NCBI RefSeq assembly: GCF_964355755.1
Contig: NC_092676.1
Location: 749,788-813,787, forward strand
Source of the DNA: Antedon mediterranea
Taxonomy: Eukaryota; Animalia; Echinodermata
Length of the DNA: 64,000 bases
Direction of reading: 5' to 3'
Shown here: positions 24,257 through 37,033 of the stretch, in pieces
Numbering within the stretch: position 1 is the stretch's first letter
Layout of the letters: each line of letters begins with the position of its first letter
Made by a program: the position numbers and the translations under genes
The notes under the pieces: generated by a model
Seen by the model: only the letters and a program-made list of their open reading frames with translations
What the model was told of the DNA's origin: nothing
Databases searched by the model: none

Positions 24257-24761
24257 AGCCAAACCAGACAACTATTAACACAAAGAACAAACAAGATACA
24301 CATTGCTTCCAATGTACGGAAAAGAAATTAGGAAAATGTGTGGTTATCGTAAAGTAAAATACAAGATGATTACATAATATAAACAAATATATTATTTTTA
24401 TATAAAACATTTATACAATGTAGTGTCTACAGTTAAATTAACGTCAAAACATTTCGAAAATTATCGTCAGCCATCCAACAATGGGAAATTCAACAAATCA
24501 CTATTTCTATCGTCAGCCATCCAACAATGGGAAATTCAACAAATCACTATTTCTATTTTTGAAATTTCTACTTGTGGACTGTATTAGGGCCTAAATGTCA
24601 CTGAACTGTAGAATATTAAAAGGATCGTCAAAAGTGCCTATGTTCTGTACTGTATAATTCATTTTCAAGAAAGGAATATAAAAGTCATGGATTGATTTAA
24701 ACAGAAAGAGTTAATAAAATGTTTGTAGGCCTAACATGTTTGGCTGTTAGTGTTTATGTGA

Positions 24762-25555
24762 TCATAAATTGTAACAAGCAGCAGGGTTTGGTAAAGATAA
24801 TGCGTCTTCTTCTTGATAATCTCTACTTCTTGTTAACTGTATCAAAATTGATCTTAAATCAAACATAATCTTTTCTAATCTTTTAAACGATCGATCACTA
24901 TCAACGAGGGCGTGTTTTAGTTCTTGATGGATGTCCAGAAGTGCATTCTCGAGGCCCTCTATCGAGCAATTCTCAAACTCACACTCAACAGTCTCAATGA
25001 TTCTATTGAGGTAGCCAGTTGACATTCTGTTCAATTCTAACGATCCTTTGGCATAATCTAATAGAGAAGCCATATTTTCCGACACATCGTCAACTAAATT
25101 TCCACCGGTAGCAACAGGGGAATTAGGTCTATCTCCCGCATTTACATCTACTGGAGAAGTTGATCCTTCGTGTGAGTAGGTTTTTCCATTGAAGTTTTGA
25201 CGCTTATCGGCATGGTGAAGCTGGTGTCCTGATGACTAAAATTTAGAAAAACAAAATTCAAATAAAATGATTAGGTTTAGGCCTAGGCCTAGGTTAGTTC
25301 ACCCTATTTAACTAGGCCTAGACTAAGTCTAGATCTTCTGTTCTTGATTTCGAGAATATCTGCTTTTGCGGCTTATTGCAACACTCGGATATATCTATCT
25401 ATCTAATAGTAACAAAACATTATTAGGCCGGGCCTAATTTAGTTAAAATAATTTAAATTTAAATTTTAAAAAATATATAAGGCTTAGGCCTAGTGAGTCT
25501 TTCTTGAATCCAACCAGGCTAGCATGAGTCAACTAACCTGTAGTTCATTTGCCAT
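24762..25555 (-). CDS. Two-exon gene for an uncharacterised ~163-aa protein (disordered N-terminus, helical/coiled-coil C-terminus)
   Basis: Exon 25555-25538 (ATG GCA AAT GAA CTA CAG|gttagt) splices in frame to ttag|25235-24762, which is open for 158 codons and higher in GC than its flanks. Confidence 0.7.
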
Positions 25556-26866
25556 TTTAAATGCACTTGATCCTAAAATTAATTCCGAAGATGCATCCGA
25601 TAGTTGAAGGCTATAGGCTAGACCTGAACGTGGTGTTAAAAACGTGCGAAAAATAATGATTTGAAATATTAAAACTGCGCGCGCGTCATATTCTATTCAT
25701 AAACGGGCGCGGGTGCATACTATGGAGGAGAGAGATGATGATAAATTGAATGCACTTTTTATACAGAATTATTAAAAGTTAAAAACAAAAGATTAAAACA
25801 GAAAGTCTGTATCATCATCTTGCATTGTTTGGATATAAACTTTATATGACAACAAAATGTGATGTGCCCATATATCACTACCATATTTGGTATATTATAA
25901 TTATTTATATACTTTTTTTGTCAAACTAGTTTGATACTGATAGAGCTTTAGTTAACAACGAAAACAAACTATAAAAATGTAGATGAACGAAAGAATATCG
26001 TAATTGACGAATAACGCACAAACGCCTCTGCCTATTAATATTACTGAAATCGTTATTTAAATCGGAAGTCCTGTTAGATACATCGTTTTAATCTGACAAA
26101 ATGTTCATCTATGGAAAGTACCACGTGAAAAATCGAATAACATTTAGTAATAATTTACTGATTTTAGAAAATGTATCGTAAGATTGTGCGTAAAATGACG
26201 TCACTATTACTCATAAGTAAATCTCGGATCTCGTTAAAGTAGGAATCACTACAGCATCACAGAAGCTTTGTTGTTCATCAAAATGTCATATTTCAAGTCA
26301 TTCACCTAAAGAAAGTGTCAAATTTTTAAAAAATACTAATAATAAAAACAGATGAAATTCTTTGTCTGACATTTCACGAAAATGAATCACCAAAGTAGGA
26401 TGGATTATGGGATATCAATGGTCAGTTTTCAGCATCTCCTTGATTTGTACAACTAATAAGTCAACCGTATTGTTACAAATTAAACACCCTAACATTCCCA
26501 GTATCAGTCCATTGAGTAATTAAAAGATTATCGGGATATCGGTCAGTTTCGTGACCTGCGGCGCCGACATTTCAAATAATAAAAAATATCTAAGCGATCG
26601 GTAATTGTATGTTATTTCTAAATGCAATTCTGCTGAAATGCAAGTTGAATCGAATTAATTAACGAAAGCAAACACATCTATAGACTTATGGTGTGAAAAG
26701 GAATCATAGTAAAATCAATTTCTTACCGGTACTTTAACGGGACCTAGATCTGTATTGTTTTACGTACGTGGAATTAATGCATAAAGCAATCAACAAGTAG
26801 ACGATGTGGTGGGTATCTTATGAAATGACGCCAACTACTTTCAACCATTAATGGCTGAGCAGTATA

Positions 26867-27010
26867 AATCTCTGTCTACACTATCAAACTAGTTTGACAA
26901 AAAGGTGTGATGTGCCCAAATATGGTAGTGATATACCCAAATATGGTAGTAATGTGACATCATCATGTCTTTGTGGGCACATCACATAAAGTTTGATAGT
27001 GTAGACAGAG
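26867..27010. mobile_element. MITE family A (PIF/Harbinger-like, ~150 bp); other full or partial copies at ~8729-8820, 18350-18507, 23408-23492, 25822-25949, 45466-45585, 50214-50408, 62464-62580
   Basis: TIR (AG)CTCTGTCTACACTATCAAACT...AGTTTGATAGTGTAGACAGAG(CT), usually next to TAA/TTA, with an internal AAATATGGTAGTGATATG doublet. Eight related copies are in the window. Confidence 0.85.
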
Positions 27011-27168
27011 AAGCAAAGTCGTCCGTAGAGAATAATCTAACGAAATCTAAAAATATTAACAAAGACAGCTGCATTAAAATGAGTTTAAATAATATTCATT
27101 TTCTCAATTTAATAGAGTTTAACCTAACTACTGTTTTCTTTTGAAATGTACTTGATTTAGAATAACCA

Positions 27169-27488
27169 ACCATCAGTATAAAATACCATCAGTATAAAAT
27201 ACCATCAGTATAAAATACCATCAGTATAAAATACCATCAGTATAAAATACCATCAGTATAAAATACCATCAGTATAAAATACCCTCAGTATAAAATACCC
27301 TCAGTATAAAATACCATCAGTATAAAATACCATCAGTATAAAATACCATCAGTATAAAATACCATCAGTATAAAATACCATCAGTATAAAATACCATCAG
27401 TATAAAATACCATCAGTATAAAATACCATCAGTATAAAATACCATCAGTATAAAATACCATCAGTATAAAATACCATCAGTATAAAAT
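27169..27488. repeat. 16-bp minisatellite, ~20 copies
   Basis: (ACCATCAGTATAAAAT)n, nearly perfect. Confidence 0.97.
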
Positions 27489-28459
27489 AATTCGTCATAA
27501 TAGTTCGTTCCATGGAGTTATTTTTTATCCAGGATTCAATTTGTTATCTACTGCCACCTACGGTGGGCGAGGTTTTTTCTTGACGTCTGCTGAGGCACAA
27601 ATCATGAATAAAATGCATGAGATTATTATTTTCCATGTTTAAAAAGAACCTATTTCCTAAATAACAATCTAAATAATCTTTCTCAACTAAAAACATCGAA
27701 GATTAAGACGGCCTTTAAGTCCAGGACTACTCAGGTCCATAGTCTAAAGTATATCCACTGAGCCACACACTGTTGACCACAGCCTATTGATCTATGTCCT
27801 GCAGCAACCCCTATTTTATACAATGTTCTACTTTATACCATAATCAAGCTGTTGAATAATTAATGATTTCTGTCTCTGACGTCCAGAATGGTTGACAGAG
27901 CCTGTGACGATTGAAAAGGGTCAAGCGTAGTCTATTGGTCTACAGCGCACTCTTGCCATTCAATCCTATTTAAATAATTCATTAAACTGAAATTAAACAA
28001 AATACTGAAGACATCAATAAATAACGAAAATCAATAATTACTAATAAATCTAGAATTGCTCTTGGGGATAAACCACTACGAATTTTAAGAACTAATTATT
28101 GTGAGTTATTATTTTAAATTATTCCTTGTCTTGTTTCTCTCTTCAATGAATCAGATTTATTATCAAGACATGTAAGTGTTAGTACATTTTGATCATTTAT
28201 TTCGTATTATTTATTTTATTTCTTTATTGAATCACAAAGTTTGTAGATAAATAAGATCAGCCTACTGCCTTATGAGTGAAAACATTTAAAAAAACGCCAT
28301 ACATTTAAAACATTTATATTTTAAACAATACGTATACCATTCAGAATATAGCAGTCAATTATTGAAGAAAAACGGTTCACAAGAAGAATAACTGTTTAGA
28401 ATTTACTTGATGGTGGATCATTTCTAATTTGGTAAACGTTTTCAACTGCACACATTTTA

Positions 28460-28685
28460 CGTACGCGCGTCAATCATCTCGCGTACGCGTCAATCATCTC
28501 GCGTTCACGCGTCAATCATTTTGCGTCCGCGTGTTAATCATCTCACGCTCGCGCGTCAATCATCTGGCGTCCGCGCGTCAATCATCTCGCATCCGCGTAT
28601 CAATCATCTCGCGTCCGCGCGTCAATCATCTCACGCCCGCGCGTCAATCATCTCACGCCCGCGCGTCAATCATCTGGCGTCCGTC
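28460..28685. repeat. CpG-rich ~21-bp minisatellite
   Basis: Repeated CGCGTCAATCATCTCRCG variants, ~10 copies. Confidence 0.9.
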
Positions 28686-29035
28686 ACCCGATACTTTGAA
28701 ATAGAAAGATCTTTAGGTGTTAATCGGCGACACTACTTTCTCACCTCTTTTACAAACAATCTTTTCTAAAATTATTTTAATAATACATAATGTAACATGT
28801 ACTGACGTATCTTTGTATTCTTATCCTTGACACTACAAGCCTCTTGGGCAACTCTTTCCAATTTAAAAGTGAGAAAATAATCTCAGTGTCTGTCAGTACA
28901 ATGCCTTGTCTATTCTTACACTATACCCACAGGTACGATGTTAATATTAGTAATAATTTAAAAGCTTGAAAAAGGTCAAAGAAAGTTGATTAGAAATGTA
29001 TTAAATATACAAATAAGTTGTATATGTTGTACATT

Positions 29036-29360
29036 TAATCGTCATAATCATCGTCATAATCATAATCATAATCGTCGTCGTAATTATAATCATCATCGTC
29101 ATTATCATAATCATCATACACCATAATCATCATCATGCACCAGCATCATGAGCATCATCATCCTCATCATGCATCATCATCATCATGCATGTTCATCATT
29201 ATCATCATCATGCATGTTCATCATTCGCATCATCATCATGCATCATTTAATCATCCCCATCATGCATGTTCATCATTATCATCATCATGCATGTTCATCA
29301 TTATCATCATTATCATCATCATGCATCACAATCTTCATCATATCATCATCATCCTGCATC
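29036..29360. repeat. Degenerate (CAT)n microsatellite
   Basis: CAT/CATCAT/TAATCA low-complexity tract; source of the His/Ile-rich ORFs. Confidence 0.92.
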
Positions 29361-29999
29361 ACAAAAATACCCACCTACACCTGTCATCCTCGACGGAGTC
29401 GTTCATCTACCATGTTTTTTTTTAGATTCTTTTTTTGTTTTAGTTCCAATTTCAGTGCTACAGAAATAATAAGAAACAATAATGAAGAATAACTCTCGCC
29501 CTGACCTGGTTTATTGGTCACTATGGTCCAAAATTATTTGACTACCAGCACAAAGCATTGAGCTACTGGTCATTACACTAGCATAGATAGAAGGCAGTTC
29601 ATTACACGAACAGATTGCCATCCAATAACTAGTAGAAAGGAATACTTTGCAACCCGTTTAGCCCGCCCTACTTCCTTTCAAGTTACGCTCCTAATAAAGC
29701 GATAGAAAAATTAATTTAGGTCTAAAACATAAAAAAAAGCAACAAAAGCTAAACGAAAAAACACACGATACACAATGAAAAAGACAATCTATTTTAACGG
29801 GTTTGAAAGTATATGGCCTATGTCCCTACTGTTATGTCATATTTTCAATGCTATTTTTTTTTTATTTTCCATGTTTAAAATCTGATTCAGTTTTTAAATT
29901 AAATCTTGAATCAGTAAAAACATCAAAACATTACAAATTTAAACTTAATTATAGAGTATAAATAAGAAGCAATGTTCACGGTAAAGTCAATAGCTTTTT

Positions 30000-30487
30000 T
30001 GTTTACAACACTTCGTAATATCGTTGGCGGTTCGTAATATCGTTGGCGGTTCGTAATATCGTTGGCGGTTCGTAATATCGTTGGCGGTTTGTAATATCGT
30101 TGGCGGTTTGTTTACAACACTTCGTAATATCGTTGGCGGTTTGTAATATCGTTGGCGGTTTGTTTACAACACTTCGTAATATCGTTGGCGGTTTGTAATA
30201 TCGTTGGCGGTTTGTTTACAACACTTCGTAATATCGTTGGCGGTTTGTTTACAACACTTCGTAATATCGTTGGCGGTTCGTAATATCGTTGGCGGTTCGT
30301 AATATCGTTGGCGGTTCGTAATATCGTTGGCGGTTTGTTTACAACACTTCGTAATATCGTTGGCGGTTCGTAATATCGTTGGCGGTTTGTTTACAACACT
30401 TCGTAATATCGTTGGCGGTTTGTTTACAACACATCGTAATATCGTTGGCGGTTTGTTTACAACACTTCGTAATATCGTTGGCGGTTT
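30000..30487. repeat. Composite minisatellite of a 19-bp and a 14-bp module
   Basis: YGTAATATCGTTGGCGGTT units irregularly interspersed with TGTTTACAACACTT. Confidence 0.95.
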
Positions 30488-32255
30488 CCCACTTTTTATA
30501 AACGACCAAACTATTAATATTTTAGCTCTCTTTTTCAATTCAAAGGAATATTAAATGTACATGTTTATCTTATTGTTAATCTTACACCATTTTCAAATCT
30601 GTCGATATCCAAGATAAAATATGCTATAAATGGGAATTTTTCTTCTTAACTTTGTGATTTTTTAAGTGAGTAAACTAATCTGCCATCTGGTGATATAAAT
30701 GCTTATTACAACAAGTGACACTTATCAATTTCATAGCAAAGCTATCAAAGGATTTGCTACGTTTAGTCAACGTTAAATCGTCGTCGCTGTATATTCCGCG
30801 GAAGAGTTCAGATTTACCTATTGAGTGATGGAATGAGTTAGAAAGTCGATTTCCGAGTAACCAATAATTTGTGCTTCATATTTTTTTATTTTTTTTTTTA
30901 TTTTATATATATTTTTACTTCGAAAATTCGTTATGCTGCTCAAAATATTGCGACAATGGATTTAAAGATCAGAACTCATAACTAACGTAAAATATAAAAA
31001 AACAAAAAATAAACGGTCTAATGAGTAATTAAGTACATTATTTTATTTATAGTAAATTACTAAACGTAAAATCAGAGGCCCGGGGGAACGACAACTCAAT
31101 GCAGCTTAGCTTCGTTGATTAATATACCACAAGTTGAAAACAATGTTTTCGATAAAATAGAGCGGCAAACATATTACTGATATCATTTCATCCGACATGT
31201 ATCACTGTCAAATTACATTTATTAAAAACACGTCATCTTAATGATAGAATATACATCTTCTATTTAAAGTTCATAACCTCTAACAAGGAAATACAGAGAT
31301 TTGTGAGTTTTTAGATTGTATTTTGATTTTGTTGAACATGTCGTGAACTTGTATTTAATGAACGACACGTTTTCAGTCACCGATGTAATCTTCACAGACG
31401 ACAGTTTGACAATAATTCAGATTTATTCATTGAGCCATAAAGTTTAAGTATGTCCGTAGCTGATTTACTTAGCTTGGTAATTGAGCAAATTAAAGGCCTA
31501 ACCATTTCACCTTTCATCTTTCTCAAACGAACGAAAAGAAAAACAATGGAATTTGTGAAATTCTTGTTTTTAAAAATCCATTTAAACGGTACAAATTTCT
31601 ACGAAGAATCGTTGTAAACTCTGTTTAACCTATAGGCAAAGTTATTTACGCGATTCCGAAGCATTGGTTTATGCGCATGCGTAGTCATATCAATTAAATA
31701 ATTCAATTATAATAATTTAAATGACCCACTATATTAATGTAAAGCATCTCAGTGGACTTGGTAATGTGCACCGCATACTAATATATACATATTTGAAATA
31801 AATTAAAACATATTGAAAAATGAGTCACTTTTAGATATTATAATATTACTTTTATCGTAATATTGTATTAATCAATGCAAAGCCAATGTATGGAATGCCA
31901 ATTTTCAGATGTATTCTTAAAAGGCAATACTCCAGGCTATGGATTAGCACAAATAGGCCTGGATATGGAAGGCCTTTTGCCAACATATTATTTCTCACAA
32001 TTCAACCCTAGGCTACAAATTAGCTAAGACAGACTTGTATATTATTGAAGGCCTTGTTGCAAACATATTCTCACAAGTGAATACTCTAGGCTACGAACTA
32101 TCGTATCCACATGGGAAGTATATCTTAAAGCAATGACTTTTATAATAAACTCAATATTATGCTCTAATGGTATGGCTTCCTGTTATCTATTGTTCACTTG
32201 TTTTAACATTCATCCTATTAGAGTATTAGATTTACAATATTTGCTCAGGGATAAC

Positions 32256-32403
32256 TAAAGCTTGGTTCCCACTAGACGCAACGCAAGGACGTAAGCGCAA
32301 CGCAAGCGAGCTGACCAATCACAAGCAGTGGATTATTCAAACTGTCGCTTGTCATTGGTGTAAACTCGCTTGCGTTGTGTCTCTATAGTGGGAACCAAGC
32401 TTT
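32256..32403. mobile_element. MITE family B, most complete copy; related copies at ~11869-11995, 38880-39015, 52780-52910, 53310-53420, 60588-60680
   Basis: TIRs AAAGCTTGGTTCCCACTA / TAGTGGGAACCAAGCTTT with internal CGCAACGCAAG and GACCAATCACAAGC. Confidence 0.85.
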
Positions 32404-33249
32404 CGAGTATAGCTAATTCCTCTAAACCATTACGGATGTAATTCTATAAACGTAGGCCTATAACCTATCTGCCATGACGTTGTGTATGGTATTTCCTAAT
32501 CCTTTACATGACAACATTGTTCACAATGATGTATATTATTTAATACGAGGGCATAACTAATCCCTCTAAAAACCATTTACGGATGTCATTCTAAACGTAT
32601 AGCCTAGTCCGTATCTCTCATGACATTATACAGACATTTTTATTTTTGTTTTGTTTTCCAATCAGCTAGCTATTTTTTTCCTGTTTTATTAAATTCAAGC
32701 AATCGCTGTTTTTCTTTTTTATTTCTATTTCGTTGGTTTAGCACACTTTCATTCATTATTCTTTTCCATGACAAAGATATACAAAGATTGAATTGAAAAA
32801 AAAATAAACATGTGTTAAAAAACATGTGTTTATAACATGTATTATGTACTATAATATGGTTAATATGGCAATCGCTGTTTATCAATGTTAACAAGGATAA
32901 TAATTTCTACTACTATAAAATCAATAGATTACAAGAAATATCTTCAGTGGTGGTGTGGTGACACACACAGTACATACATACCGGTAATGTAGACCTGCAG
33001 AGCAGTGCACAATTTGTGGTAATGTTTCATTAGTATAATGTACATGCGTGGTTTCCTATGTGTTTGGCAATTGGGTGTTGGTCAATGTCATCTATACATA
33101 ACAACCCATTAATATCGTTCTTTTTTATTTTCGATTTTTTTTAGGTTTTGTGAATAAACGTTCAAGTAGTACGCCCATCCCGGTATGATATTAGACAGTA
33201 TTGTGAATACTTAACTTCAAAATGTTGTTTTTCTGAAATGCCATCACCA

Positions 33250-33682
33250 TCCCATGATGATCATGATGATTATGATGATTATGATGACCATGATGATTAT
33301 GATGATCATGATGATAATGATGATTATGATGATTATGATGACCATAATGTGATGATCATTATGATCATGATGATAATGATGATTATGATGATTATGATGA
33401 TAATTATGATCATGATGATAATGATGATTATGATGATTATGATGACCATAATGTGATGATCATTATGATCATGATGATAATGATGATTACGATGACCATA
33501 ATGTGATGATCATTATGATCATTATGATCATGATGATTATGATGATTATGATGATTATGATGACTATGATGATCATAATAATCTTAATGATCATGATGAT
33601 TATGGTGATTATGATCATGATGATCATCATAATCATGATCATCTTAAATCATCACGATCATTATGATCATCATAATCATGCA
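33250..33682. repeat. Degenerate (GAT)n microsatellite
   Basis: GATGATTAT/GATCAT low-complexity tract. Confidence 0.92.
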
Positions 33683-34290
33683 TTCAAGATCACTAGACCA
33701 TTTTGTTGGAAGGAAAGAAAGGGTTCAGAGACAGAATCAAGTCAGTTGAAACTGACTGTGAAAATATTACACATTTTAATTATAAGTCTATAATATTGTA
33801 CACTCGACCACGTTGAGTCCTTCTACATTCCCCAATGATTCTCTAAGTCATATCGAGAAACTACGTGACGCCTTCCCTGTCGCAATTAATGATTATTCTG
33901 CTTCGTTATCAATTATAGATTACTTTACAAACTAAGCATTCCTTATTATTATTATCCCATGTATCCCAATGGAGTTGTTATCCCATTACGTCACTTTGAT
34001 AATTTAAACATTTGTGAGTAATATTATTGTTTAGGCCTATTTATCAAAAAAAGTGCATTGTACTGAAGTATTGTTAATGGAGCAAAACCTGATGATGTCA
34101 ATAAATGATTCATGTTCCAATATCTTTACAAAATGTCACACATTACATGGTCTAATTAATCTAATTATAATACAAGCCTATTTTTCATATTGCAAGTTTT
34201 CAATATACTGAGCATGCGTACAATTATGGCAGAGTATGAAAAATATCTGATCACTTATTACATGCTTAATTAATATAAATAACAACTTTG

Positions 34291-34790
34291 TATTTATTTA
34301 TTTATTCGACTTCTCACTAACTCAGTTAGTGAAGGATCTGGACCAACAGGTGGTAAACACCTCTAAAACGGTCCAGTCCCAATTTGCACAGTGGCTGTGT
34401 GTGACAGTGGCTGTGTTTGTGTGGACTAGTACACCGGGGTAACCCCTACTCGTCTCGAAAGATGTACTAGGTTCTTTAAAGTGCGCATGAGCTATGTGTA
34501 CACTGGACTTACGGTTTATAAGCCCTTATCCGAGAAGACTCGTTCTACCACCAGAACCATGGAGCGAGTGAGCCTCGAACCCTTGCCGATGTACGGTTCC
34601 ACTGTCTTAACCGCTCGGCCACTCACTCACTCGCTTGTATAACATCGTATAACATAACAATAGTCCTTATCCGAGAAGACTCGTTCTACCACCAGAACCA
34701 TGGAGCGAGTGAGCCTCGAACCCTTGCCGATGTACGGTTCCACTGTCTTAACCGCTCGGCCACTCACTCACTCGCTTGTATAACATCGTA
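34291..34790 (-). mobile_element. tRNA-derived SINE with a Nin/Deu-like core; 5' head tandemly duplicated
   Basis: Minus strand has A box TGGCCGAGCGGTTAAG, B box GGTTCGAGGC, core GGATAAGG..TATAAACCGTAAGTCC...GCACTTTAAAGAACC...GAGTAGGGGTTACCCCGGTG and an (AATA)n tail. About 125 bp of the head is repeated at ~34665-34790. Confidence 0.85.
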
Positions 34791-34854
34791 CGTTTATCTG
34801 TCTGTTTGAAATTGTAATGCAGTAATGGGAAGAAGGAACAACAAAGACAAGAAT

Positions 34855-35283
34855 ATGGATATTCATTCTCTCCTCCACCCCATCAACTCTCCTACATTCA
34901 TCCTATTCATGTATTATGGATATTCATTCTCTCCTCCACCCCACCAACTCTCCTACATTCATCCTATTCATGTATTATGGATATTCATTCTCTCCTCCAC
35001 CCCATCAACTCTCCTACATTCATCCTATTCATGTATTATGGATATTCATTCTCTCCTCCACCCCATCAACTCTCCTACATTCATCCTATTCATGTATTAT
35101 GGATATTCATTCTCTCCTCCACCCCACCAACTCTCCTACATTCATCCTATTCATGTATTATGGATATTCATTCTCTCCTCCACCCCATCAACTCTCCTAC
35201 ATTCATCCTATTCATGTATTATGGATATTCATTCTCTCCTCCACCCCACCAACTCACCAACTACATTCATCCTATTCATGTAT
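34855..35283. repeat. 61-bp minisatellite, ~7 copies
   Basis: Unit ATGGATATTCATTCTCTCCTCCACCCCAYCAACTCTCCTACATTCATCCTATTCATGTATT. Confidence 0.95.
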
Positions 35284-35417
35284 TTGTATATGCATCCAGT
35301 GAGAACAAAGGTGGATTTTAACATTAAATATCCTCATTCCCCAAGTGGTATTCAATTAAAATTAAATCAAACTACAGGTTTATTCACAATTTCGGGTATG
35401 TATTTCAATCCATGAGG

Positions 35418-35508
35418 ATTATATACTTATTATTATATACTTATTATTATATACTTATTATTATATACTTATTATTATATACTTATTATTATATACTTAT
35501 TATTATAT
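35418..35508. repeat. 14-bp AT-rich minisatellite
   Basis: (ATTATATACTTATT)n, ~6 copies. Confidence 0.9.
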
Positions 35509-36244
35509 CTAGCAAGTAATCGAATTATAGAACAAACATTAACTACATGAATACTTTTGTCTGTTGTTTAATGTAAACGTTTTTATTTCTTAGGCCTATT
35601 TCGATAAAGCAATATGAGTAAATGATTGAGAAATTGAAGAACACGATGACGAGGATTTTAAGCTTTAAAAACAAACTGTGACGGTTATAATAACATTATT
35701 AGATGGTTACAGCTAAATATGAATTGACATATTCATATGATTCTATTTCATAAAAAAGATCTATTTCAGCAGACATTTTATAAAATAAAATGTTTACAAC
35801 ATTAAAGAGGATTTGAAAGGATCTTCGTTACTATGGACGCTGAATAAAAAACGTTTTCTGTTATAAAAACTATAAAAACAACTTGAATAATCCCCAGCAT
35901 CGAGTTCATAGTCATCCAATCAAATGAAGAATGTGTAATTCTGTTAAATCAGGATAAGTACAAACACCATACGTCAACTGCTGTTATTAATATTCACCTG
36001 CAGTTTCTCAGTATCTCCACTTATTGTTATAAATTAATAGAGTAATCCTACGTTTGGCGGAGTAGATTAGGATTTCTACTGAATTGCTTGGAAAAACATT
36101 ATTTCAGGCTGCGCATGACAATGAAAAAGCTTGGTGGTTTTCCATGTGAAGAACGTACGCGCCAGCTGTGCTGCACAAACAATCTAAAGCAATCATAAGA
36201 CAGATTGGATGATCCGTCATTTGTGATTGGTATTATTTTTCGTT

Positions 36245-37033
36245 TGTCTTCATATTTACCCCCTAATATCCTACGCATCCTGTATTGCTCTATGATTCTT
36301 CCCTATTTGAGTTATTGTAATATTGTTTGGTGCAACACATACTCCACAAACCTTAATAAATTGCATACCCTCCAAAAGTAAGGCTATCAGAATTATATCT
36401 GGCGCGCCTCCGCTTTCCCATTCCTCTCATTTATTTTCAAATCTTAATCTCATCAAACTTAATGATGTCAATTTAATTCAACAAACCATTTTTGTCTACT
36501 CTGCCTTAAACAACATCCTTCCTCACCATCTTTGTTATCTATTTACTTCAATTCTTTCCATCACACACGTACTAAAAATAAATTATCTATACCCTCCCAT
36601 AGAACAAATTCTTTCCAACATAACATTCGATCTCTGGACCCACCCTATGGAACAACCTACCACCCTCCATTTTAAAATCTGCTTCCCTTAAGATACTTCT
36701 CTCAAAATTAAAAAAAAATACACCTTTTCTACTTTCTACTTATTAAATATTTATTAATCGGTCATGTCTCGATCTGCAGTACCAACAGATTTTTTTTTTC
36801 TGTTATTCATATTTTAGATTATGAAATTTATTATGATTTTCTTCAATGCATTTCTTTTCTTTTTTATTTGTGTTAAGGCTCGCCCAACACAAGATGTTAC
36901 AAACATCTTTCAGGGCTTTTGCCTTCATTTTCTGATATACTTTTATAATTCTGTACAATCCTGTTTCTTGTTTTCCTACTGTATGTATTCAGATTTTGTA
37001 AATAAATGTCTATTGGATTGAATTGAATTGAAA
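36245..37033 (+). mobile_element. 5'-truncated, frameshifted CR1/L2-group LINE 3' end
   Basis: Translation YLPPNILRILYCSMILPYLSYCNIVWCNTYSTNLNKLHTLQ/KAIRII...LFSNLNLIKLNDV matches the typical post-RT C-terminus of these LINEs. It ends in AATAAA plus a (TTGAA)n tail at ~37000-37033. Confidence 0.8.

Noticed and set aside
27511-27533. CATGGAG...TCCAGG as another footprint palindrome
   Set aside because: The arms are short and mismatched and there is no target-site duplication.
27908-27965. Imperfect hairpin as a pre-miRNA
   Set aside because: Only the 7-bp outer stem pairs well, it has a large asymmetric bulge, and it matches no miRNA I know.
34560-34634. tRNA gene
   Set aside because: A and B boxes are present, but it runs straight into a SINE core and tail and lacks a full cloverleaf.
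29135-35415. His/Ile/Met/Asp-rich and periodic ORFs at 29.1-29.5, 30.2-30.5, 33.2-33.8 and 34.8-35.4 kb
   Set aside because: All fall in micro- or minisatellites and are open in several frames, with no splice or domain support.
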